A stretch of 41,837 bases of DNA from Archangiaceae bacterium. GTDB lineage: Bacteria > Myxococcota > Myxococcia > Myxococcales > Myxococcaceae. Location of the stretch: NCBI GenBank assembly GCA_043750125.1, contig JAYVCD010000341.1, positions 1 through 41,837 of the forward strand. Direction: 5' to 3'. A model generated the notes under the pieces. That model saw only the letters and a program-made list of their open reading frames with translations, made no database searches and was not told where the DNA came from. Below, one piece after another: positions 26,702 through 34,207 of this stretch; position 1 is the first letter of the stretch, and each line of letters starts with the position of its first letter. The position numbers and the translations under genes were made by a program.

Positions 26702-28131
26702 AGGCGTGGACCCGCCATGGGTTGCCGGCGGTGGCGGCGCTGAGCGTGTTGCTGAGCGGCCCTGCGCGTGAGCGGTTCGACGTCATTCATGGCTTGAGGG
26801 GCGTCGGGGTCTTGAGCCTGGCCGCGGCGTTGATGTTCGCCGGCCGCCTCGCTCGAGCCGATTGGGGCACGGCAGAGTGGGCGAGTGCTGCGGCGTGGGT
26901 CGCGATGGCCGTCGGCGGCGCATGCGCGCTCAGCCCTGCGTACGCGCTGGCGCCACTGGCCCTCTTCGCCGGCTGCTTTGCGATCGCACTCGGGACCTCG
27001 TGGCGCGAAGGCGAGCGCGAGAACTGGCTGACCTGGTTGGCGCTCGCGGCGGTGGCCGTGGCCGCTCTGGGAATGCTCGAGTCGATGGGCCTGGGGCCCC
27101 AGTCGCTGCGGGGACGTGCACCGAGCTCGACCATGGGCCAACGCAATACCCTCGCCCACTTTCTGGTGCTGGCCAGCCCGCTGGTATGGGCGCAAGCGGT
27201 GCGGGCGGGCTCGCGGCGTTCGCAGGTGGCGTGGTTGTTTGCCGCAGCGCTGCTCGCGGCGGTGGTGGTGCAGACCCGTTGCCGTGCGGCCTGGGGGGTC
27301 GGCCCGGCGGTGCTTTTCTGCTTCGTGTTGCTGGTTCGCACCCGGGCGGCACTGGGCGTGGCGGGCGCCGTCGTTTCCGCGGTGGCGATCGCCGCCGTTG
27401 CGCCGGTCGGGCTGCGGTGGACCGAGCCTCACCCTTTCGCCGACACCTTCAGCCGACTGGCCGAGTGGCGCACCGGCAGTGGGGCAGGGCGAATCGCCGA
27501 ATGGGCCGCTTCTTCGAGGCTGTTTCTCGAGCACCGGCTGCTCGGAATCGGGCCGGGAAATTGGTTCGTCGAATACGGCGTCGCCCACAATGGAGATCAT
27601 TTTCCCCACGCAGACGGGCTGGCGCTGCTGGTCGAGCGGGGCGCGATCGGAACGGGTTTGGCGTTGACGGTGGCAACCGCCGTGCTGCACGGGTGGAAGG
27701 AACGGCGGGACGTACTGGGGTGGCCGCTGGTGGCGAGCACGGTGCTGGCCGCCGGTGCGCTCGGAGCCTTCGATTCGGTGCTGCAGCTGCCCGCGCCGCT
27801 GTTGTGGCTCACCCTGGTCTGCTTCGTCGGACTGCGTTCTGCGGCCACCCCGGTCCGTGCCCCGGCCCTGGCCCTGGCGCTGGTCGTGCTGGCGGTGGGC
27901 GCGGCGCTCTCTTTCGGTTCGCGGTTGCTTTCGACTTCGGACGCGACTCCTTTTGATCGCCTCGAGCTGGCCGCCACCCTGGACCCCTTCGACGGTGAGC
28001 TGCGGCTGGCGTTGGCCGAAGCGTGGATCAGCGCGGGCCGATGCGACCAGGCCGCCCGTCATCTCGAGGCCGCGCAGCAGCTCTTGCCGCTGCATCCTCA
28101 GCTGCCGGGGCTGACTGCCGCCTGTCGCTGA
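26698..28131 (+). CDS. O-antigen ligase / O-oligosaccharyltransferase (Wzy_C) family membrane protein with C-terminal TPR
   Basis: ATG 26698 (ATGA overlap). Many TM helices. Motifs STMGQRNTLAHFL, TRCRAAW, GRIAEW, LGIGPGNW, PHAD..ALLVERGAIG. C-terminal LDPFDGELRLALA TPR. Confidence 0.85.
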   Translation: MKAWTRHGLPAVAALSVLLSGPARERFDVIHGLRGVGVLSLAAALMFAGRLARADWGTAEWASAAAWVAMAVGGACALSPAYALAPLALFAGCFAIALGTSWREGERENWLTWLALAAVAVAALGMLESMGLGPQSLRGRAPSSTMGQRNTLAHFLVLASPLVWAQAVRAGSRRSQVAWLFAAALLAAVVVQTRCRAAWGVGPAVLFCFVLLVRTRAALGVAGAVVSAVAIAAVAPVGLRWTEPHPFADTFSRLAEWRTGSGAGRIAEWAASSRLFLEHRLLGIGPGNWFVEYGVAHNGDHFPHADGLALLVERGAIGTGLALTVATAVLHGWKERRDVLGWPLVASTVLAAGALGAFDSVLQLPAPLLWLTLVCFVGLRSAATPVRAPALALALVVLAVGAALSFGSRLLSTSDATPFDRLELAATLDPFDGELRLALAEAWISAGRCDQAARHLEAAQQLLPLHPQLPGLTAACR

Positions 28132-28138
28132 CGCGCGT

Positions 28139-29722
28139 TCAAGGGGCAGCTCCCCGCAGGCGGATCAGCAGCTGACGGGATTCTTCGACCCGACCTTGTT
28201 CATGCAAGGCGCGGGCGTTGAGCAGCAGCGATTCGGGCAGCGCATCGGGGCGCGCGGTCTCGGCGGAAAGCAGGGTCTCGACCCGTTCCCAATTTTTCTG
28301 AACCGTGGCCACCGCCGCCAGGTTGTGCACCGCGTGTCGGCGATCGAGCTCGCTCAATGGATATTGCAGCGCCTGGGTCAGCGCCCGCTCGGCCAGGTCG
28401 AGCTTTCCCTGCGCCATTCTCACCAGCCCGAGGTTCTGCAGCGCGGCCGGCTCGCTTGAAAATGAGAGCACTCCGCGCACCGGTGTGGCTGCCTGCTGGT
28501 AGCCGTCTGCGGCGGCCTCGAGCTGTCCCTTCTTCCGCTGGATTTCAGCCAGATAGAAGTGCGCTTCCCGACAGCGGGGCTCGGCCGCGACTTCTGGCGT
28601 GAACAAAGACTCGTCGTCCGAATACCGCCGAGAATCCCAAAGCGAAAACATTCCGAGGGCCACAATCGTGAGGGTCAGGCCGAGGCGCTGCCTGGACCCG
28701 CGGTCGGCCAGCGCTTCGCACACCAGACACGCGAGAAGCGCCGCGGGCACGTACAGGTAATGCGGCGACCAGAAGCGGGGAAGCGGGACCAGCGACAGCG
28801 AAGGCACCAGCGAGACGAGGAAGAGCAGGGCGATTCCCTTCCGTCGCAGCCCATACACCGCCACCGCGACCCCGACGGCGAGGCCCGCCAACGCCAGCGG
28901 GTGAACGAAGGTGCGAACTTCGAACGCATCGCAGAACGAAGGGTCGATCGGCAGAAGCAGGCGCACCATCGATTTTCCGAACGCCGCCGCGCGCGTGCCG
29001 ATGACTTCACCAACGCTCAGGGAAGGAAACGAGGACTTCCAGGCGGGCGCAAAAGCCAGCCGCAACGCGAGCGCGACGGTGACCCCGATTCCTTCCAGCG
29101 CCCAGACGTGGGCTCGAGGACGCGGCCGGGGAGGCAGCGAAATGATCGCGAGGAACAACGGCGCCAGCACCAGCCCGCTTTCCTTCACCAGCCCCGCGGC
29201 CAGCACGGCGAGCCCCGCCAGCACCGGGCGGCCCTTGAGGTGAGCCCAGATCGCACTGAACAGCGCCGTCGCCAGCAGCAGCTCGGGACGAAAGGCGATC
29301 GCGTTCACCACCTCGACCCCGACCGGGTGAACCGCAAACAACGACGCAGCGAACAGCGCGGCACGCCGCGACAGCCCCAGCGCCTGCGCCGCCCCGAAAA
29401 GGGCCAGGGCCGCGAGCGCGTGCCACAGCAGGTTGTCCGCGTGAAAGACCCACGGCGATCCGCTCAAGCCGTCGACCGACAGCGAGAGCGCGGTCAGCGG
29501 TCGATAGAGCCCGGTGAGACTGAACCCGTGGGTGAACAACCCGGGCCACTGCGCCACCGCAGCCAGCGCGTTGCCCGCTTCCAGGTCTTGATGATCCAAC
29601 CAGATGAAGCCGTGGCCAAGCGCGACGACATGACTGAGAACTGCCGCCAGCGCGATCGCGCAGACGGCAGCTCGGGTCGAAATTTCGGGCTGAACTCTGG
29701 TGACGCTCGGCCGTCGCCGCAT
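28139..29722 (-). CDS. TMTC-like GT-C membrane glycosyltransferase with C-terminal TPRs
   Basis: GFIWLDH, YRPLT..S, FH..NLLWH, LFAVHPV.VEVV..I..R.ELL and KESG motifs; TPRs (AHFYLA, ALQNLG, AVHNLA). Confidence 0.8.
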   Translation of the reverse strand: MRRRPSVTRVQPEISTRAAVCAIALAAVLSHVVALGHGFIWLDHQDLEAGNALAAVAQWPGLFTHGFSLTGLYRPLTALSLSVDGLSGSPWVFHADNLLWHALAALALFGAAQALGLSRRAALFAASLFAVHPVGVEVVNAIAFRPELLLATALFSAIWAHLKGRPVLAGLAVLAAGLVKESGLVLAPLFLAIISLPPRPRPRAHVWALEGIGVTVALALRLAFAPAWKSSFPSLSVGEVIGTRAAAFGKSMVRLLLPIDPSFCDAFEVRTFVHPLALAGLAVGVAVAVYGLRRKGIALLFLVSLVPSLSLVPLPRFWSPHYLYVPAALLACLVCEALADRGSRQRLGLTLTIVALGMFSLWDSRRYSDDESLFTPEVAAEPRCREAHFYLAEIQRKKGQLEAAADGYQQAATPVRGVLSFSSEPAALQNLGLVRMAQGKLDLAERALTQALQYPLSELDRRHAVHNLAAVATVQKNWERVETLLSAETARPDALPESLLLNARALHEQGRVEESRQLLIRLRGAAP

Positions 29723-29737
29723 CGTTGTTGCGAGTTC

Positions 29738-31855
29738 TTAGTCCTTGAAGAGGGTGAAGGTGTCCATGATTTGTCCGGACACGGTCTTGAAGTAGCCGCG
29801 GGCCTTCTTCGGATTCCCGTCGACGTTGAACACCATGAACAGCGCTCCGAGGTTGACGTTCTGGTCGCTGGTGAGGATCTGCGCCCACTCGTTCTTGCAG
29901 CCGTACGGGTAGGTGAAGGGCAGGCAGCGATCCTGGTTGCGGATGCCGTTGCCTCCCAGCCCCGAGACGATGGCGATGGTGCGGCCCGGCCCCACGCAGG
30001 CCGTCGTGCGGTCGCGCGTCGCGGGAGCCTGGGGGTGACAATTCACGTCCACCGTCTGGTTGGTGAAGTTGCTCAGCGTGAACGTGCGCTCGTACGAGTG
30101 CTCGTGGCCGGTGATGATGATCCCGCCTCCCAGCCGACAATTCTCATACACCGCCCAACCCATCTCATCGGTCTTCGCGCCGACCTGCATCGCCGCCTGA
30201 TTCTTGTGCCAGCTGCACATCTTCCAGGTGTGAGTGTCATTGGCGAGCTTGGTCTGAATGAAGTTGGCGAAGGCCGTGTTCTGCCCGTTCTCGCCGACCA
30301 TCACCATGTTCAGCCCCTTGAACTGGAGCGTGTACATCTCGTCCGTCAGGTTCGGGTCGTCGAGCACCGCGCCGGAAGCCGCCCAGCGTTTGCCGAACTC
30401 GGCCAGGTAGGCCGCCTTGTCTCCGGTGTCGTGATTCCCGAGCGAGGCGAAGTAGAACGGGTAGTTCGCGCCCATCACGCTGTCGAGCGCGGTGAAGAAC
30501 GTGGCCGCGTTGTTCTGATAGTCGAAGTCACCCTGGTGCATGATGAAGGCAGCGCCTTCGGCCTTGATCAGGTTGAGGACCGACTTGAACCCGGTGCCCG
30601 CCGCGGTGTCGCCAATCATCGCCACCTTCAGGTTCGGAATCGTGTCGATTGCCGTCCCGCCGGCCGAGATGTTGACCGTGACCGAGACCGCCGCAGACAA
30701 CGTGTTGTTCCCCGCCGCGTCGTACGCCTTCGCGGTGAGCGCGTGCGTTCCGTTGTCGGCGCTGACGATGCTCCAGTTGAAGCTGTAGGGAGCCGTAGTG
30801 TCCGTCGCCTTCAATACCCCGTCGACAGAGAACTCGACCTTGGTGACTGCGACGTTGTCGCTCGCCGTCGCGCTCACGGTCAGCACCTGGGCGGACGTGA
30901 TGCTCGTCCCGTTGGCAGGCGAGCTGATCACGACCGTCGGAGCCGTGGTGTCGCCCGGAGTGCCTGCGTCGACCGGCGGGGTTCCCGCATCAGGCTTGGT
31001 GCCCGCGTCGACCGGCGGAGTTCCCGCATCGGGCTTGGTGCCCGCGTCGACGGGAAGAGTTCCTGCGTCCGGCTTGGTGCCCGCGTCCGGCTTGGTGCCG
31101 GCGTCCACCGGCTGCGTCCCCGCGTCGAACGGTGGGTTGCCCGCGTCGACCGGTGGGGTGCCCGCGTCGATCTCGGGGGTGCCCGAGTCGATGACCGGAG
31201 TGCCCGAGTCGTTGGCCTCGACACTGAGCTGGAGGATGGGACGTCGGCTGGTGTCGGATTCCTCGCGCGAGGCAAAGGAAATTCCATCGGTAGAGCGCGA
31301 GCGAACTGCAAACGAAACAATCGTCCCCGCCTTCATCATCGGCGTCACATCGACGCTGACGAAGCTGGAAGCTTTCGCGTTGCCCAGGGTCGCGATCACC
31401 GCGCCGTTGACCGCCGGCTTCGTGTTCCACGACACCGTCTTCTCGTCCCAGGTGTTCGAGGAGATTTCGACGAAGTCGGCCGAATTCGCCGAACCGTTGG
31501 TGATGTACACGCGCAGCCGCGCACTGATGACCGGCTGGGTGATGCTGCGCAGGTCGAAGCGCATGAACCCCAACAACTCTGTTCCCGTATTGTCCCTGTC
31601 GGAACGCACCCGATTGTCCGCGCCGTAGTTGCGCGCCGCGAAGCTTCCGCTGCGTACGAAGGTGTCCGCGACGGGCGAAAGCGCGATCCCCGTGATCAAC
31701 TCCGACTCGAGGTCCGACCCCACCGGGCCCATGAAGTCGAGGTCGTCTTCGTCCTGAGCCGGGGCGGTGATGAGCTGCGGGTCGGTCGGCACTCCCTCGC
31801 AAGCGACCAATGAGAGCCCTGCAATCAGAGCGATGAGACTTTGCAACGAGCGCAT
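29738..31855 (-). CDS. Lipoprotein with DNRLRE-like beta-domain, DAGT repeat linker, Ig domain and calcineurin-like metallophosphoesterase domain
   Basis: Lipobox LVAC. PVADTFV..NYG..FMRFDL..WDEKTVSWN..SRE..RPIL domain. DTTAPTV..KAYDAAGN Ig domain. Phosphoesterase motifs IGD, GDFDY, GNHD, WH, GHEHSYER. Confidence 0.87.
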   Translation of the reverse strand: MRSLQSLIALIAGLSLVACEGVPTDPQLITAPAQDEDDLDFMGPVGSDLESELITGIALSPVADTFVRSGSFAARNYGADNRVRSDRDNTGTELLGFMRFDLRSITQPVISARLRVYITNGSANSADFVEISSNTWDEKTVSWNTKPAVNGAVIATLGNAKASSFVSVDVTPMMKAGTIVSFAVRSRSTDGISFASREESDTSRRPILQLSVEANDSGTPVIDSGTPEIDAGTPPVDAGNPPFDAGTQPVDAGTKPDAGTKPDAGTLPVDAGTKPDAGTPPVDAGTKPDAGTPPVDAGTPGDTTAPTVVISSPANGTSITSAQVLTVSATASDNVAVTKVEFSVDGVLKATDTTAPYSFNWSIVSADNGTHALTAKAYDAAGNNTLSAAVSVTVNISAGGTAIDTIPNLKVAMIGDTAAGTGFKSVLNLIKAEGAAFIMHQGDFDYQNNAATFFTALDSVMGANYPFYFASLGNHDTGDKAAYLAEFGKRWAASGAVLDDPNLTDEMYTLQFKGLNMVMVGENGQNTAFANFIQTKLANDTHTWKMCSWHKNQAAMQVGAKTDEMGWAVYENCRLGGGIIITGHEHSYERTFTLSNFTNQTVDVNCHPQAPATRDRTTACVGPGRTIAIVSGLGGNGIRNQDRCLPFTYPYGCKNEWAQILTSDQNVNLGALFMVFNVDGNPKKARGYFKTVSGQIMDTFTLFKD
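30960..31212. repeat. Degenerate 18/21-bp tandem repeats encoding (DAGTPPV/DAGTKP)n
   Basis: About a dozen D[AS]G[TN] units: DSGTPVIDSGTPEIDAGTPPVDAGNPPFDAGTQPVDAGTKPDAGTKP... Confidence 0.85.
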
Positions 31856-31888
31856 GGTGACCTCAGGGAGTAGAGGACGGGGTCCCTA

Positions 31889-31904
31889 TGCATTTGTCGG
31901 GCCG
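31889..31904 (-). promoter_or_regulatory. Candidate sigma-54 promoter
   Basis: Minus strand reads CGGCCCGACAAATGCA (GG-N10-GC), ~35 nt upstream of the ATG at 31855, which has a GAGG RBS. Confidence 0.45.
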
Positions 31905-32025
31905 TTCTCTTTCAAGCCTGCGAATTTCTTCGGCTGCTCTGAAATTGCCAGAAGTTGTGAAGAAATGGGTCAACAAGTTCTTCGGCCCGACGCTGAAGTG
32001 GAGTGCGCAAGCGCAGCTCACGTGC

Positions 32026-32667
32026 CTACCTCAGTGACCACACGTAGCGGGCCAGATTCCAGCGATCCGACTCCGACACCGTGGCGCCAAACGCCGGCAT
32101 CGGAGTCGTCGGAACGCCGTGGGTGATGACCAGGTAGACCCAGGCCACGTCGAGGAACGGTTGACGGGCCATGTTTCGAAGGTCGGTCGGAGGCGGAGAC
32201 ATCGCCGCGGCCACTTCCGGACGCGGCACCCCCGAAGCTCCGTGGCAGGGAGCGCAGGACGCAGCGTACAGGTGGGCGCCCTCGACCGCGTCGGGCCGAG
32301 TCGACGGTCCGCGCGGCAGCGGGTTTCGCTGCGCCACGCGATCGCGAATTCGTCGCGCCTCGTCTTCCAGCCACGCCATGTCCGCGGTGGGAATCCGAAG
32401 GGTGTAGGCGAAGATCGCCGCCTTGTCCGATTCGTCGACTGGCAGCTGCTTCAGCAACTGCAGCGCGTATTCTCCCAGGGGCTTCATCTGGGCCCGAGAT
32501 CGCGGCTCGACCTCCGTCCCGGTCTCTTCGGCGATCTCCGACAGCTCGTGCAACACCACGAACAGCTCGCCTACGTCGATCACCGGAACAGCCGGCTTTC
32601 GCGCACAACCGGTGACGAGCCAACAGACCAGGCAGCAGCTGAGAAAAAGGCGATTCTTCGAACGCAT
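32026..32667 (-). CDS. c-type cytochrome lipoprotein (monoheme)
   Basis: Lipobox VTGC; GAHLYAASCAPCHG heme motif; PPPTDL; ITHGVPTTPMPAF axial Met. Confidence 0.88.
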   Translation of the reverse strand: MRSKNRLFLSCCLVCWLVTGCARKPAVPVIDVGELFVVLHELSEIAEETGTEVEPRSRAQMKPLGEYALQLLKQLPVDESDKAAIFAYTLRIPTADMAWLEDEARRIRDRVAQRNPLPRGPSTRPDAVEGAHLYAASCAPCHGASGVPRPEVAAAMSPPPTDLRNMARQPFLDVAWVYLVITHGVPTTPMPAFGATVSESDRWNLARYVWSLR

Positions 32668-32709
32668 CGGAGCGGCAAACCTTAGTCGCTCGCCCCTGGA
32701 ATCCGTCGT

Positions 32710-33258
32710 CTAGTACAACCAGCCCAGGCTCAGCCCCACACCCGGCGACAGGCCCCCCGCGAAGTCCCGACCGAAGGACACGTGGACCTCGACGATGCTC
32801 ACCCGGGCTCCCAATGAGATGAAGTAGGCCGAGTTGGCCAACGCCCCTTCCGGACTCGAGCGCACCGGCAACACCAGCGCGTCGTACATGAAGCGCACGA
32901 AGGGCTTGATCCGATCGAAGGTCTCCAGCGCGACCTCGACCCCCGCACCTTCCGACACACCGTCCGCCCCCAGCCCGGGCCGAGAGCCTGAGCTCGAATA
33001 GCCGGCCTCGATCAACGCCAGCACCCGAAACCCTTTGGGCAGCCGGGTGCCAATCGAGAAGCGGGTCCCCGCCAACAAAGACAGCTGCCCCCTCGCGCTG
33101 CCCGGAATCTTCACGCTCGAGACGGGAAAAATCTCGGCGAACGTGCTGAGGCCGATGGTCAACGTCAGGCGGTCGGCAAAGTCCTTGAAGGACCCGGGCG
33201 TCGTCGGCTCAGAGCGCGCCCCAGAGCCGCTCAACAGGAAAATCAGGCCCACCTTCAC
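32710..33258 (-). CDS. Hypothetical small outer-membrane beta-barrel-like protein
   Basis: Amphipathic strands (LIEAGYS, GAGVEVAL, YFISLGARV) and C-terminal GVGLSLGWLY beta-signal. Start uncertain (GTG 33258 or 33333). Confidence 0.55.
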   Translation of the reverse strand: MKVGLIFLLSGSGARSEPTTPGSFKDFADRLTLTIGLSTFAEIFPVSSVKIPGSARGQLSLLAGTRFSIGTRLPKGFRVLALIEAGYSSSGSRPGLGADGVSEGAGVEVALETFDRIKPFVRFMYDALVLPVRSSPEGALANSAYFISLGARVSIVEVHVSFGRDFAGGLSPGVGLSLGWLY

Positions 33259-33389
33259 GGACAGGCCTGCCCCCCGCCTGCCGCGCCACTTCTCGGATTT
33301 GGCCCTGGGCAGAAAGCTCGGCGGCGTCTTCACCCGCCGAGCTTTGCTCCGAACCGGCGCATTGTCCCGCGCCTAAATTCGCCGCGCGA

Positions 33390-33715
33390 ACGCGTCGCGC
33401 CGCCTGCAGCACCACCTTTTTCGCACTCGTCCACCTTGTCACCGAACATCTGGTAGCCCTTCGCCGCGTCTGCCAGCGGCAGGTGATGGGTAATGACGAA
33501 GCTCGGGTCGTGGTCGCCTGCCAGAATGCGTTCCATCAGCGGGCGCATGTAGCGGTGCACGTGGCACTGACCGGCTTCGATTGTCAGCGAACGATTCACC
33601 ACCGCCCCCATCGGGAACTTGTCGATGAAGCCGCCGTAGACGCCGATGACGGACACCGTGCCCCCGTTGCGACAAGCCTGGATCGCCTGCCGCAGCGCGA
33701 CCGGCCGATCCAGGC
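33390..33715 (-). pseudogene. 3' remnant of zinc-dependent alcohol/aldehyde dehydrogenase (YbdR/FdhA-like)
   Basis: Reads LDRPVALRQAIQACRNGGTVSVIGVYGGFIDKFPMGA..GQCHVHRYM..DPSFVITH. An extra base in the A5 run (33417-33421) shifts the terminal KVVL out of frame. The N-terminal part of the gene is absent. Confidence 0.85.
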
Positions 33716-34004
33716 TGGAGCATTCCGACCATTGGGCCTGGCTCTGAAATGGTCGGTCGCGCGCCCGTCTGCTGAGTCCTTGGGTGCTGCTGCCGGGCTC
33801 TCACCGCGTCGAGCTTCAGCTCAGCCGCGCCGACCGGGCTGTGGCTCGCCGGACCCCGTCAGTGCTGTGAGTCATTTCTTCAAGGCTCTGTCTCGCCCAC
33901 TCGAAACGTTCACGTTTTGCATCCACGGATTTCTTCCGGCCGTGTCCTGTTGCTTTTCAGAAGTCTGCTGCTCTTGACGGGGCGAACGGGGACGGTCAGC
34001 CCGC

Positions 34005-34150
34005 GAGTCCATTTTCGGACTCTGGCGTCTTGTCGCGCCCCGAAACCACCGACTCGTCGACCTTGGCCCTTCGACCACAGCCCCGTGTGGTCGGATGCAC
34101 AAGGTCAGCGAACTGCGATCGGACTCTGCTCAATCGCGTCGGTTTCGGCG
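34005..34150. ncRNA. Candidate structured RNA or non-autonomous repeat element
   Basis: Nested inverted repeats form a three-way junction plus a flanking hairpin (see findings). No family recognised; strand ambiguous. Confidence 0.3.
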
Positions 34151-34207
34151 GTGTTCCGCACTCGGTACAGCGTGCACTCAAATGCGCGGGACCCAGCGCC
34201 CTTGCAC

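Noticed and set aside
28559-31813. 1084-aa + strand ORF
   Set aside because: Antisense shadow of two well-supported minus-strand genes; low-complexity Arg-rich translation.
33872-34181. Small ORFs in the 33.7-34.2 kb intergenic region
   Set aside because: No clear RBS, motifs or coding-like composition; the region is better explained as non-coding.
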